Assembly (NCBI RefSeq): GCF_009914755.1
Contig: NC_060945.1
Reading direction: 5' to 3' (one strand)
Length of the DNA stretch: 64,000 nt
Origin: the human T2T-CHM13v2.0 reference genome, Homo sapiens
This document shows, piece by piece, positions 1 through 13,400 of this stretch. Numbering within the stretch: position 1 is the first letter of the stretch; each line of letters starts with the position of its first letter. The position numbers and the translations under genes are program-made. The notes beneath the pieces were generated by a model that worked only from the letters and a program-made list of their open reading frames with translations, did not search any database and was not told the DNA's origin.

Positions 1-77
1 ATCTTCAACTCTATGAGTTGAATGCAGACATCAGAAAGAAATTTCTGAGAATGCTGCTGTCTACCTTTTATTTGAAT

Positions 78-94
78 TCCCGCTTCCAACGAAA
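78..94 (-). promoter_or_regulatory. CENP-B box 1 (repeats every 1870 bp)
   Basis: tcccgcttccaacgaaa; reverse complement TTTCGTTGGAAGCGGGA matches the consensus YTTCGTTGGAARCGGGA. Confidence 0.95.
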
Positions 95-250
95 TCCTCC
101 AAGCTATCCAAATATCCACTTGCAGATTCCACAAAAAGAGTGTTTCAAAACTGCTCTCTATCAATGGCAAAGTTCAACTCTGTTAGTTGAGGACACATAT
201 CACCAACAAGTTTCTGAGAATGCTTCTGTCTATTTTTTATGGGAAGATAT

Positions 251-267
251 TTCCTTTTTCACCGTAG
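251..267 (+). promoter_or_regulatory. pJ-alpha motif in A-type monomer (repeats every 1870 bp; one-mismatch copies at 1101 and 1781)
   Basis: ttcctttttcaccgtag matches the pJ-alpha consensus TTCCTTTTYCACCRTAG (recalled) and occupies the position homologous to the CENP-B box in the alternate monomer. Confidence 0.75.
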
Positions 268-417
268 GCGTCAAGGCGATCGAAATGTCCACTTCCACAA
301 ACTACAAAAAGAGTGTTTCAAACCTGCTCTATGAAAGGCCATGTTCATCTCTATGAGTTGAATGGAAATATCCGAAAGAAATTTCTGGGAATGCTGCTGT
401 CTAGTTTTTATATGAAT

Positions 418-434
418 TCCCGCTTCCAACGAAA
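418..434 (-). promoter_or_regulatory. CENP-B box 2 (repeats every 1870 bp)
   Basis: tcccgcttccaacgaaa, 340 bp after box 1. Confidence 0.95.
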
Positions 435-758
435 TCCTCAAAGCAATCCAAATATCCACTTGCAGAATCCACAAAAAGAGTGTTTCAAAACTGCTCTATC
501 AATAGAAAGGTTCAACTCTTTTAGTTGAGTACACACATCACAAACAAGTTTCTGAGAATGCTTCTGTCTGGCTTTTATTGGAAGACGTTTCCTTTTCACC
601 AAAGGCATCAAAGCGCTCCAAATGTCCACTTCCAGATTCTTCCAAAAGAGTGTTTCAAACGTGGTCGAAGTAAGGGAATGTTCAACTCTGTGACTTGAAT
701 GCAGATATCACCAAGTAGTTTCTAATAGTGCTTCTGTCTACATTTTAGATGATGATAT

Positions 759-775
759 TCCCGTTTCCAACGAAA
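759..775 (-). promoter_or_regulatory. CENP-B box 3 (repeats every 1870 bp)
   Basis: tcccgtttccaacgaaa; reverse complement TTTCGTTGGAAACGGGA. Confidence 0.95.
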
Positions 776-929
776 TCGTTAGAGCTAAGCAAATATCCAG
801 TTACAGTTTCTACCAAAAGGGTGTTTCCAAATTGCTGCATCAAAAGAAAGGTTCAACTCTGTTAGTTGAGGACACACATCACAAAGAAGTTTGTGAGAAT
901 GCTTCTGTCTAGATTTTGTATGACGATAT

Positions 930-946
930 TCCCTTTTCCAACGATA
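930..946 (-). other. Degenerate, predicted non-binding CENP-B box (repeats every 1870 bp)
   Basis: tcccttttccaacgata; reverse complement TATCGTTGGAAAAGGGA has two changes in the essential core NTTCGNNNNANNCGGGN (positions 2 and 13). It lies only 171 bp after box 3. Confidence 0.85.
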
Positions 947-1267
947 TCGTTAAAGCAATCTAAATATCAATTTGCAGAATCCACAAAAATAGAGTTTCAA
1001 AGCTGCTCTGTAAAAAGAAAGGTTCCACTCTGTTAGCTGAGTACACACATCACAAACTTGTTTCTGAGAATCCTTCTGTCTCGTTTTTATGGGAAGATAT
1101 TTACTTTTCCACCGTAGGCATCAAAGCGCTCCAAATGTCCACATCCAGATACTCCAGAAAGAGTGTTTCAAACCTGCTCTATGAAAGGGAATCTTCAACT
1201 CTATGAGTTGAATGCAGACATCAGAAAGAAATTTCTGAGAATGCTGCTGTCTACCTTTTATTTGAAT

Positions 1268-1284
1268 TCCCGCTTCCAACGAAA
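1268..1284 (-). promoter_or_regulatory. CENP-B box 4 (repeats every 1870 bp)
   Basis: tcccgcttccaacgaaa. Confidence 0.95.
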
Positions 1285-1609
1285 TCCTCCAAGCTATCCA
1301 AATATCCACCTGCATTTTCCACAAAAAGAGTGTTTCAAAACTGCTCTATCAATAGAAATGTTCAACTCCTTTGGCTGGGTACACACATCACAAACAAGTT
1401 TCTGAGAATGCTTCTGTCTAGTTTTTATGGGAAGACGTTCCCTTTTTCACCAAAGGCATCAAAGCGCTCCAAATGTCCACTTCCAGACACTACAAAAAGA
1501 GTGTTTCAAACGTGCTCTAAGAAAGCGAATGTTCAACTCTGTGACTTGAATGCAGATATCACAAAGTAGTTTCTGAGAGGGCTTCTGTCTAGATTTTAGA
1601 TGATGATAT

Positions 1610-1626
1610 TCCCGTTTCCAACGAAA
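1610..1626 (-). promoter_or_regulatory. CENP-B box 5 (repeats every 1870 bp)
   Basis: tcccgtttccaacgaaa; the next box is at 1948 (=78+1870). Confidence 0.95.
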
Positions 1627-4600
1627 TCATTAGAGCTATCCAAATATCCACTTACAGTTTCTACAAAAAGAGTGTTTCCAAACTGCTGCATCAAAAGAGA
1701 GGTTCCACTCTGTTAGCTGAGTACACACATCACAAACTTGTTTCTCAGAATCCTTCTGTCTCGTTTTTATGGGAAGATATTTACTTTTTCACCGTAGGCA
1801 TCAAAGCGCTCCAAATGTCCACATCCAGATAGTACAGAAAGAGTTTTTCAAACCTGCTCTATGAAAGGGAATCTTCAACTCTATGAGTTGAATGCAGACA
1901 TCAGAAAGAAATTTCTGAGAATGCTGCTGTCTACCTTTTATTTGAATTCCCGCTTCCAACGAAATCCTCCAAGCTATCCAAATATCCACTTGCAGATTCC
2001 ACAAAAAGAGTGTTTCAAAACTGCTCTCTATCAATGGCAAAGTTCAACTCTGTTAGTTGAGGACACATATCACCAACAAGTTTCTGAGAATGCTTCTGTC
2101 TATTTTTTATGGGAAGATATTTCCTTTTTCACCGTAGGCGTCAAGGCGATCGAAATGTCCACTTCCACAAACTACAAAAAGAGTGTTTCAAACCTGCTCT
2201 ATGAAAGGCCATGTTCATCTCTATGAGTTGAATGGAAATATCCGAAAGAAATTTCTGGGAATGCTGCTGTCTAGTGTTTATACGAATTCCCGCTTCCAAC
2301 GAAATCCTCAAAGCAATCCAAATATCCACTTGCAGAATCCACAAAAAGAGTGTTTCAAAACTGCTCTATCAATAGAAAGGTTCAACTCTTTTAGTTGAGT
2401 ACACACATCACGAACAAGTTTCTGAGAATGCTTCTGTCTGGCTTTTATTGGAAGACGTTTCCTTTTCAACAAAGGCATCAAAGCGCTCCAAATGTCCACT
2501 TCCAGATTCTTCCAAAAGAGTGTTTCAAACGTGCTCGAAGTAAGGGAATGTTCAACTCTGTGACTTGAATGCAGATATCACCAAGTAGTTTCTAATAGTG
2601 CTTCTGTCTACATTTTAGATGATGATATTCCCGTTTCCAACGAAATCGTTAGAGCTATCCAAATATCCAGTTACAGTTTCTACCAAAAGGGTGTTTCCAA
2701 ATTGCTGCATCAAAAGAAAGGTTCAACTCTGTTAGTTGAGGACACACATCACAAAGAAGTTTGTGAGAATGCTTCTGTCTAGATTTTGTATGACGATATT
2801 CCCTTTTCCAACGATATCGTTAAAGCAATCTAAATATCAATTTGCAGAATCCACAAAAATAGAGTTTCAAAGCTGCTCTGTAAAAAGAAAGGTTCCACTC
2901 TGTTAGCTGAGTACACACATCACAAACTTGTTTCTGAGAATCCTTCTGTCTCGTTTTTATGGGAAGATATTTACTTTTTCACCGTAGGCATCAAAGCGCT
3001 CCAAATGTCCACATCCAGATACTCCAGAACGAGTGTTTCAAACCTGCTCTATGAAAGGGAATCTTCAACTCTATGAGTTGAATGCAGACATCAGAAAGAA
3101 ATTTCTGAGAATGCTGCTGTCTACCTTTTATTTGAATTCCCGCTTCCAACGAAATCCTCCAAGCTATCCAAATATCCACCTGCATTTTCCACAACAAGAG
3201 TGTTTCAAAACTGCTCTATCAATAGAAATGTTCAACTCCTTTGGCTGGGTACACACATCACAAACAAGTTTCTGAGAATGCTTCTGTCTAGTTTTTATGG
3301 GAAGACGTTCCCTTTTTCACCAAAGGCATCAAAGCGCTCCAAATGTCCACTTCCAGACACTACAAAAAGAGTGTTTCCAACGTGCCCTAAGAAAGCGAAT
3401 GTTCAACTCTGTGACTTGAATGCAGATATCACAAAGTAGTTTCTGAGAGGGCTTCTGTCTAGATTTTAGATGATGATATTCCCGTTTCCAACGAAATCAT
3501 TAGAGCTATCCAAATATCCACTTACAGTTTCTACAAAAAGAGTGTTTCCAAACTGCTGCATCAAAAGAGAGGTTCCACTCTGTTAGCTGAGTACACACAT
3601 CACAAACTTGTTTCTCAGAATCCTTCTGTCTCGTTTTTATGGGAAGATATTTACTTTTTCACCGTAGGCATCAAAGCGCTCCAAATGTCCACATCCAGAT
3701 ACTCCAGAAAGAGTGTTTCAAACCTGCTCTATGAAAGGGAATCTTCAACTCTATGAGTTGAATGCAGACATCAGAAAGAAATTTCTGAGAATGCTGCTGT
3801 CTACCTTTTATTTGAATTCCCGCTTCCAACGAAATCCTCCAAGCTATCCAAATATCCACTTGCAGATTCCACAAAAAGAGTGTTTCAAAACTGCTCTCTA
3901 TCAATGGCAAAGTTCAACTCTGTTAGTTGAGGACACATATCACCAACAAGTTTCTGAGAATGCTTCTGTCTATTTTTTATGGGAAGATATTTCCTTTTTC
4001 ACCGTAGGCGTCAAGGCGATCGAAATGTCCACTTCCACAAACTACAAAAAGAGTGTTTCAAACCTGCTCTATGAAAGGCCATGTTCATCTCTATGAGTTG
4101 AATGGAAATATCCGAAAGAAATTTCTGGGAATGCTGCTGTCTAGTTTTTATATGAATTCCCGCTTCCAACGAAATCCTCAAAGCAATCCAAATATCCACT
4201 TGCAGAATCCACAAAAAGAGTGTTTCAAAACTGCTCTATCAATAGAAAGGTTCAACTCTTTTAGTTGAGTACACACATCACAAACAAGTTTCTGAGAATG
4301 CTTCTGTCTGGCTTTTATTGGAAGACGTTTCCTTTTCACCAAAGGCATCAAAGCGCTCCAAATGTCCACTTCCAGATTCTTCCAAAAGAGTGTTTCAAAC
4401 GTGGTCGAAGTAAGGGAATGTTCAACTCTGTGACTTGAATGCAGATATCACCAAGTAGTTTCTAATAGTGCTTCTGTCTAGATTTTAGATGATGATATTC
4501 CCGTTTCCAACGAAATCGTTAGAGCTATCCAAATATCCAGTTACAGTTTCTACCAAAAGGGTGTTTCCAAATTGCTGCATCAAAAGAAAGGTTCAACTCT

Positions 4601-7480
4601 GTTAGTTGAGGACACACATCACAAAGAAGTTTGTGAGAATGCTTCTGTCTAGATTTTGTATGACGATATTCCCTTTTCCAACGATATCGTTAAAGCAATC
4701 TAAATATCAATTTGCAGAATCCACAAAAATAGAGTTTCAAAGCTGCTCTGTAAAAAGAAAGGTTCCACTCTGTTAGCTGAGTACACACATCACAAACTTG
4801 TTTCTGAGAATCCTTCTGTCTCGTTTTTATGGGAAGATATTTACTTTTCCACCGTAGGCATCAAAGTGCTCCAAATGTCCACATCCAGATACTCCAGAAA
4901 GAGTGTTTCAAACCTGCTCTATGAAAGGGAATCTTCAACTCTATGAGTTGAATGCAGACATCAGAAAGAAATTTCTGAGAATGCTGCTGTCTACCTTTTA
5001 TTTGAATTCCCGCTTCCAACGAAATCCTCCAAGCTATCCAAATATCCACCTGCATTTTCCACAACAAGAGTGTTTCAAAACTGCTCTATCAATAGAAATG
5101 TTCAACTCCTTTGGCTGGGTACACACATCACAAACAAGTTTCTGAGAATGCTTCTGTCTAGTTTTTATGGGAAGACGTTCCCTTTTTCACCAAAGGCATC
5201 AAAGCGCTCCAAATGTCCACTTCCAGACACTACAAAAAGAGTGTTTCAAACGTGCTCTAAGAAAGCGAATGTTCAACTCTGTGACTTGAATGCAGATATC
5301 ACAAAGTAGTTTCTGAGAGTGCTTCTGTCTAGATTTTAGACGATGATATTCCCGTTTCCAACGAAATCATTAGAGCTATCCAAATATCCACTTACAGTTT
5401 CTACAAAAAGAGTGTTTCCAAACTGCTGCATCAAAAGAGAGGTTCCACTCTGTTAGCTGAGTACACACATCACAAACTTGTTTCTCAGAATCCTTCTGTC
5501 TCGTTTTTATGGGAAGATATTTACTTTTTCACCGTAGGCATCAAAGCGCTCCAAATGTCCACATCCAGATAGTACAGAAAGAGTTTTTCAAACCTGCTCT
5601 ATGAAAGGGAATCTTCAACTCTATGAGTTGAATGCAGACATCAGAAAGAAATTTCTGAGAATGCTGCTGTCTACCTTTTATTTGAATTCCCGCTTCCAAC
5701 GAAATCCTCCAAGCTATCCAAATATCCACTTGCAGATTCCACAAAAAGAGTGTTTCAAAACTGCTCTCTATCAATGGCAAAGTTCAACTCTGTTAGTTGA
5801 GGACACATATCACCAACAAGTTTCTGAGAATGCTTCTGTCTATTTTTTATGGGAAGATATTTCCTTTTTCACCGTAGGCGTCAAGGCGATCGAAATGTCC
5901 ACTTCCACAAACTACAAAAAGAGTGTTTCAAACCTGCTCTATGAAAGGCCATGTTCATCTCTATGAGTTGAATGGAAATATCCGAAAGAAATTTCTGGGA
6001 ATGCTGCTGTCTAGTGTTTATACGAATTCCCGCTTCCAACGAAATCCTCAAAGCAATCCAAATATCCACTTGCAGAATCCACAAAAAGAGTGTTTCAAAA
6101 CTGCTCTATCAATAGAAAGGTTCAACTCTTTTAGTTGAGTACACACATCACGAACAAGTTTCTGAGAATGCTTCTGTCTGGCTTTTATTGGAAGACGTTT
6201 CCTTTTCAACAAAGGCATCAAAGCGCTCCAAATGTCCACTTCCAGATTCTTCCAAAAGAGTGTTTCAAACGTGCTCGAAGTAAGGGAATGTTCAACTCTG
6301 TGACTTGAATGCAGATATCACCAAGTAGTTTCTAATAGTGCTTCTGTCTACATTTTAGATGATGATATTCCCGTTTCCAACGAAATCGTTAGAGCTATCC
6401 AAATATCCAGTTACAGTTTCTACCAAAAGGGTGTTTCCAAATTGCTGCATCAAAAGAAAGGTTCAACTCTGTTAGTTGAGGACACACATCACAAAGAAGT
6501 TTGTGAGAATGCTTCTGTCTAGATTTTGTATGACGATATTCCCTTTTCCAACGATATCGTTAAAGCAATCTAAATATCAATTTGCAGAATCCACAAAAAT
6601 AGAGTTTCAAAGCTGCTCTGTAAAAAGAAAGGTTCCACTCTGTTAGCTGAGTACACACATCACAAACTTGTTTCTGAGAATCCTTCTGTCTCGTTTTTAT
6701 GGGAAGATATTTACTTTTCCACCGTAGGCATCAAAGCGCTCCAAATGTCCACATCCAGATACTCCAGAACGAGTGTTTCAAACCTGCTCTATGAAAGGGA
6801 ATCTTCAACTCTATGAGTTGAATGCAGACATCAGAAAGAAATTTCTGAGAATGCTGCTGTCTACCTTTTATTTGAATTCCCGCTTCCAACGAAATCCTCC
6901 AAGCTATCCAAATATCCACCTGCATTTTCCACAACAAGAGTGTTTCAAAACTGCTCTATCAATAGAAATGTTCAACTCCTTTGGCTGGGTACACACATCA
7001 CAAACAAGTTTCTGAGAATGCTTCTGTCTAGTTTTTATGGGAAGACGTTCCCTTTTTCACCAAAGGCATCAAAGCGCTCCAAATGTCCACTTCCAGACAC
7101 TACAAAAAGAGTGTTTCCAACGTGCTCTAAGAAAACGAATGTTCAACTCTGTGACTTGAATGCAGATATCACAGAGTAGTTTCTGAGAGGGCTTCTGTCT
7201 AGATTTTAGATGATGATATTCCCGTTTCCAACGAAATCATTAGAGCTATCCAAATATCCACTTACAGTTTCTACAAAAAGAGTGTTTCCAAACTGCTGCA
7301 TCAAAAGAGAGGTTCCACTCTGTTAGCTGAGTACACACATCACGAACTTGTTTCTCAGAATCCTTCTGTCTCGTTTTTATGGGAAGATATTTACTTTTTC
7401 ACCGTAGGCATCAAAGCGCTCCAAATGTCCACATCCAGATACTCCAGAAAGAGTGTTTCAAACCTGCTCTATGAAAGGGA

Positions 7481-10400
7481 ATCTTCAACTCTATGAGTTG
7501 AATGCAGACATCAGAAAGAAATTTCTGAGAATGCTGCTGTCTACCTTTTATTTGAATTCCCGCTTCCAACGAAATCCTCCAAGCTATCCAAATATCCACT
7601 TGCAGATTCCACAAAAAGAGTGTTTCAAAACTGCTCTCTATCAATGGCAAAGTTCAACTCTGTTAGTTGAGGACACATATCACCAACAAGTTTCTGAGAA
7701 TGCTTCTGTCTATTTTTTATGGGAAGATATTTCCTTTTTCACCGTAGGCGTCAAGGCGATCGAAATGTCCACTTCCACAAACTACAAAAAGAGTGTTTCA
7801 AACCTGCTCTATGAAAGGCGATGTTCATCTCTATGAGTTGAATGGAAATATCCGAAAGAAATTTCTGGGAATGCTGCTGTCTAGTGTTTATACGAATTCC
7901 CGCTTCCAACGAAATCCTCAAAGCAATCCAAATATCCACTTGCAGAATCCACAAAAAGAGTGTTTCAAAACTGCTCTATCAATAGAAAGGTTCAACTCTT
8001 TTAGTTGAGTACACACATCACGAACAAGTTTCTGAGAATGCTTCTGTCTGGCTTTTATTGGAAGACGTTTCCTTTTCACCAAAGGCATCAAAGCGCTCCA
8101 AATGTCCACTTCCAGATTCTTCCAAAAGAGTGTTTCAAACGTGCTCAAAGTAAGGGAATGTTCAACTCTGTGACTTGAATGCAGATATCACCAAGTAGTT
8201 TCTAATAGTGCTTCTGTCTAGATTTTAGATGATGATATTCCCGTTTCCAACGAAATCGTTAGAGCTATCCAAATATCCAGTTACAGTTTCTACAAAAAGA
8301 GTGTTTCCAAACTGCTGCATCAAAAGAAAGGTTCAACTCTGTTAGTTGAGGACACACATCACAAAGAAGTTTGTGAGAATGCTTCTGTCTAGATTTTGTA
8401 TGACGATATTCCCTTTTCCAACGATATCGTTAAAGCAATCTAAATATCAATTTGCAGAATCCACAAAAATAGAGTTTCAAAGCTGCTCTGTAAAAATAAA
8501 AGTTCCACTCTGTTAGCTGAGTACACACATCACAAACTTGTTTCTGAGAATCCTTCTGTCTCGTTTTTATGGGAAGATATTTACTTTTTCACCGTAGGCA
8601 TCAAAGCGCTCCAAATGTCCACATCCAGATACTCCAGAAAGACTGTTTCAAACCTGCTCTATGAAAGGGAATCTTCAACTCTATGAGTTGAATGCAGACA
8701 TCAGAAAGAAATTTCTGAGAATGCTGCTGTCTACCTTTTATTTGAATTCCCGCTTCCAACGAAATCCTCCAAGCTATCCAAATATCCACTTGCATTTTCC
8801 ACAAAAAGAGTGTTTCAAAACTGCTCTATCAATAGAAATGTTCAACTCCTTTAGCTGGGTACACACATCACAAACAAGTTTCTGAGAATGCTTCTGTCTA
8901 GTTTTTATGGGAAGACGTTCCCTTTTTCACCAAAGGCATCAAAGCGCTCCAAATGTCCACTTCCAGACACTACAAAAAGAGTGTTTCAAACGTGCTCTAA
9001 GAAAGCGAATGTTCAACTCTGTGACTTGAATGCAGATATCACAAAGTAGTTTCTGAGAGGGCTTCTGTCTAGATTTTAGATGATGATATTCCCGTTTCCA
9101 ACGAAATCATTAGAGCTATCCAAATATCCACTTACAGTTTCTACAAAAAGAGTGTTTCCAAACTGCTGCATCAAAAGAGAGGTTCCACTCTGTTAGCCGA
9201 GTACACACATCACAAACTTGTTTCTCAGAATCCTTCTGTCTCGTTTTTATGGGAAGATATTTACTTTTTCACCGTAGGCATCAAAGCGCTCCAAATGTCC
9301 ACATCCAGATACTCCAGAAAGAGTGTTTCAAACCTGCTCTATGAAAGGGAATCTTCAACTCTATGAGTTGAATGCAGACATCAGAAAGAAATTTCTGAGA
9401 ATGCTGCTGTCTACCTTTTATTTGAATTCCCGCTTCCAACGAAATCCTCCAAGCTATCCAAATATCCACTTGCAGATTCCACAAAAAGAGTGTTTCAAAA
9501 CTGCTCTCTATCAATGGCAAAGTTCAACTCTGTTAGTTGAGGACACATATCACCAACAAGTTTCTGAGAATGCTTCTGTCTATTTTTTATGGGAAGATAT
9601 TTCCTTTTTCACCGTAGGCGTCAAGGCGATCGAAATGTCCACTTCCACAAACTACAAAAAGAGTGTTTCAAACCTGCTCTATGAAAGGCCATGTTCATCT
9701 CTATGAGTTGAATGGAAATATCCGAAAGAAATTTCTGGGAATGCTGCTGTCTAGTGTTTATACGAATTCCCGCTTCCAACGAAATCCTCAAAGCAATCCA
9801 AATATCCACTTGCAGAATCCACAAAAAGAGTGTTTCAAAACTGCTCTATCAATAGAAAGGTTCAACTCTTTTAGTTGAGTACACACATCACGAACAAGTT
9901 TCTGAGAATGCTTCTGTCTGGCTTTTATTGGAAGACGTTTCCTTTTCACCAAAGGCATCAAAGCGCTCCAAATGTCCACTTCCAGATTCTTCCAAAAGAG
10001 TGTTTCAAACGTGCTCAAAGTAAGGGAATGTTCAACTCTGTGACTTGAATGCAGATATCACCAAGTAGTTTCTAATAGTGCTTCTGTCTAGATTTCAGAT
10101 GATGATATTCCCGTTTCCAACGAAATCGTTAGAGCTAAGCAAATATCCAGTTACAGTTTCTACCAAAAGGGTGTTTCCAAATTGCTGCATCAAAAGAAAG
10201 GTTCAACTCTGTTAGTTGAGGACACACATCACAAAGAAGTTTGTGAGAATGCTTCTGTCTAGATTTTGTATGACGATATTCCCTTTTCCAACGATATCGT
10301 TAAAGCAATCTAAATATCAATTTGCAGAATCCACAAAAATAGAGTTTCAAAGCTGCTCTGTAAAAAGAAAGGTTCCACTCTGTTAGCTGAGTACACACAT

Positions 10401-13400
10401 CACAAACTTGTTTCTGAGAATCCTTCTGTCTCGTTTTTATGGGAAGATATTTACTTTTCCACCGTAGGCATCAAAGCGCTCCAAATGTCCACATCCAGAT
10501 ACTCCAGAAAGAGTGTTTCAAACCTGCTCTATGAAAGGCAATCTTCAACTCTATGAGTTGAATGCAGACATCAGAAAGAAATTTCTGAGAATGCTGCTGT
10601 CTACCTTTTATTTGAATTCCCGCTTCCAACGAAATCCTCCAAGCTATCCAAATATCCACCTGCATTTTCCACAAAAAGAGTGTTTCAAAACTGCTCTATC
10701 AATAGAAATGTTCAACTCCTTTGGCTGGGTACACACATCACAAACAAGTTTCTGAGCATGCTTCTGTCTAGTTTTTATGGGAAGACATTCCCTTTTTCAC
10801 CAAAGGCATCAAAGCGCTCCAAATGTCCACTTCCAGACACTACAAAAAGAGTGTTTCAAACGTGCTCTAAGAAAACGAATGTTCAACTCTGTGACTTGAA
10901 TGCAGATATCACAGAGTAGTTTCTGAGAGGGCTTCTGTCTAGATTTTAGATGATGATATTCCCGTTTCCAACGAAATCATTAGAGCTATCCAAATATCCA
11001 CTTACAGTTTCTACAAAAAGAGTGTTTCCAAACTGCTGCATCAAAAGAGAGGTTCCACTCTGTTAGCTGAGTACACACATCACAAACTTGTTTCTCAGAA
11101 TCCTTCTGTCTCGTTTTTATGGGAAGATATTTACTTTTTCACCGTAGGCATCAAAGCGCTCCAAATGTCCACATCCAGATACTCCAGAAAGAGTGTTTCA
11201 AACCTGCTCTATGAAAGGGAATCTTCAACTCTATGAGTTGAATGCAGACATCAGAAAGAAATTTCTGAGAATGCTGCTGTCTACCTTTTATTTGAATTCC
11301 CGCTTCCAACGAAATCCTCCAAGCTATCCAAATATCCACTTGCAGATTCCACAAAAAGAGTGTTTCAAAACTGCTCTCTATCAATGGCAAAGTTCAACTC
11401 TGTTAGTTGAGGACACATATCACCAACAAGTTTCTGAGAATGCTTCTGTCTATTTTTTATGGGAAGATATTTCCTTTTTCACCGTAGGCGTCAAGGCGAT
11501 CGAAATGTCCACTTCCACAAACTACAAAAAGAGTGTTTCAAACCTGCTCTATGAAAGGCCATGTTCATCTCTATGAGTTGAATGGAAATATCCGAAAGAA
11601 ATTTCTGGGAATGCTGCTGTCTAGTGTTTATACGAATTCCCGCTTCCAACGAAATCCTCAAAGCAATCCAAATATCCACTTGCAGAATCCACAAAAAGAG
11701 TGTTTCAAAACTGCTCTATCAATAGAAAGGTTCAACTCTTTTAGTTGAGTACACACATCACGAACAAGTTTCTGAGAATGCTTCTGTCTGGCTTTTATTG
11801 GAAGACGTTTCCTTTTCACCAAAGGCATCAAAGCGCTCCAAATGTCCACTTCCAGATTCTTCCAAAAGAGTGTTTCAAACGTGCTCAAAGTAAGGGAATG
11901 TTCAACTCTGTGACTTGAATGCAGATATCACCAAGTAGTTTCTAATAGTGCTTCTGTCTAGATTTTAGATGATGATATTCCCGTTTCCAACGAAATCGTT
12001 AGAGCTATCCAAATATCCAGTTACAGTTTCTACAAAAAGAGTGTTTCCAAACTGCTGCATCAAAAGAAAGGTTCAACTCTGTTAGTTGAGGACACACATC
12101 ACAAAGAAGTTTGTGAGAATGCTTCTGTCTAGATTTTGTATGACGATATTCCCTTTTCCAACGATATCGTTAAAGCAATCTAAATATCAATTTGCAGAAT
12201 CCACAAAAATAGAGTTTCAAAGCTGCTCTGTAAAAATAAAAGTTCCACTCTGTTAGCTGAGTACACACATCACAAACTTGTTTCTGAGAATCCTTCTGTC
12301 TCGTTTTTATGGGAAGATATTTACTTTTTCACCGTAGGCATCAAAGCGCTCCAAATGTCCACATCCAGATACTCCAGAAAGACTGTTTCAAACCTGCTCT
12401 ATGAAAGGGAATCTTCAACTCTATGAGTTGAATGCAGACATCAGAAAGAAATTTCTGAGAATGCTGCTGTCTACCTTTTATTTGAATTCCCGCTTCCAAC
12501 GAAATCCTCCAAGCTATCCAAATATCCACTTGCATTTTCCACAAAAAGAGTGTTTCAAAACTGCTCTATCAATAGAAATGTTCAACTCCTTTAGCTGGGT
12601 ACACACATCACAAACAAGTTTCTGAGAATGCTTCTGTCTAGTTTTTATGGGAAGACGTTCCCTTTTTCACCAAAGGCATCAAAGCGCTCCAAATGTCCAC
12701 TTCCAGACACTACAAAAAGAGTGTTTCAAACGTGCTCTAAGAAAGCGAATGTTCAACTCTGTGACTTGAATGCAGATATCACAAAGTAGTTTCTGAGAGG
12801 GCTTCTGTCTAGATTTTAGATGATGATATTCCCGTTTCCAACGAAATCATTAGAGCTATCCAAATATCCACTTACAGTTTCTACAAAAAGAGTGTTTCCA
12901 AACTGCTGCATCAAAAGAGAGGTTCCACTCTGTTAGCCGAGTACACACATCACAAACTTGTTTCTCAGAATCCTTCTGTCTCGTTTTTATGGGAAGATAT
13001 TTACTTTTTCACCGTAGGCATCAAAGCGCTCCAAATGTCCACATCCAGATACTCCAGAAAGAGTGTTTCAAACCTGCTCTATGAAAGGGAATCTTCAACT
13101 CTATGAGTTGAATGCAGACATCAGAAAGAAATTTCTGAGAATGCTGCTGTCTACCTTTTATTTGAATTCCCGCTTCCAACGAAATCCTCCAAGCTATCCA
13201 AATATCCACTTGCAGATTCCACAAAAAGAGTGTTTCAAAACTGCTCTCTATCAATGGCAAAGTTCAACTCTGTTAGTTGAGGACACATATCACCAACAAG
13301 TTTCTGAGAATGCTTCTGTCTATTTTTTATGGGAAGATATTTCCTTTTTCACCGTAGGCGTCAACGCGTTCGAAATGTCCACTTCCACAAACTACAAAAA

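Larger units (their letters stand above)
1..1870 (-). repeat. Representative 11-monomer HOR unit (arbitrary phase); box-site order B-A-B-A-B-B*-A-B-A-B-A
   Basis: B-type (CENP-B box) sites at 78, 418, 759, 930 (degenerate), 1268 and 1610. A-type sites at ~251, ~590, ~1101, ~1440 and ~1781. EcoRI GAATTC at 74, 414, 1264 and 1944 gives fragments of 340+850+680=1870 bp. Confidence 0.95.
1021..1990. repeat. Internal near-identical direct repeat within each HOR (1021-1310 vs 1701-1990, offset 680 bp = 4 monomers)
   Basis: Both segments run ggttccactctgttagctgagtacacacat...aagctatccaaatatccac with only a handful of substitutions (e.g. tttctgagaa vs tttctcagaa), then diverge (tgcattttcc vs tgcagattcc). 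Confidence 0.92.

Noticed and set aside
31-48. Hairpin TCAGAAA-GAAA-TTTCTGA (7-bp stem with GNRA loop; also at 1221)
   Set aside because: Short AT-rich stem with no evidence of transcription or covariation; not enough to call a terminator or ncRNA.
1-1870. Assignment to other 11-mer HORs (D8Z2, D1Z5)
   Set aside because: The alternating A/B dimer pattern excludes pentameric SF3 D1Z5. The 680-bp EcoRI fragment and sequence recalled for alpha21-I favour chr13/21 over chr8, but this was not verified by a search.
78-1964. CRISPR-like regularly spaced 17-bp motif
   Set aside because: The intervening sequences are themselves repeats rather than unique spacers, spacing is ~340 bp, there are no cas genes, and the motif is the CENP-B box.
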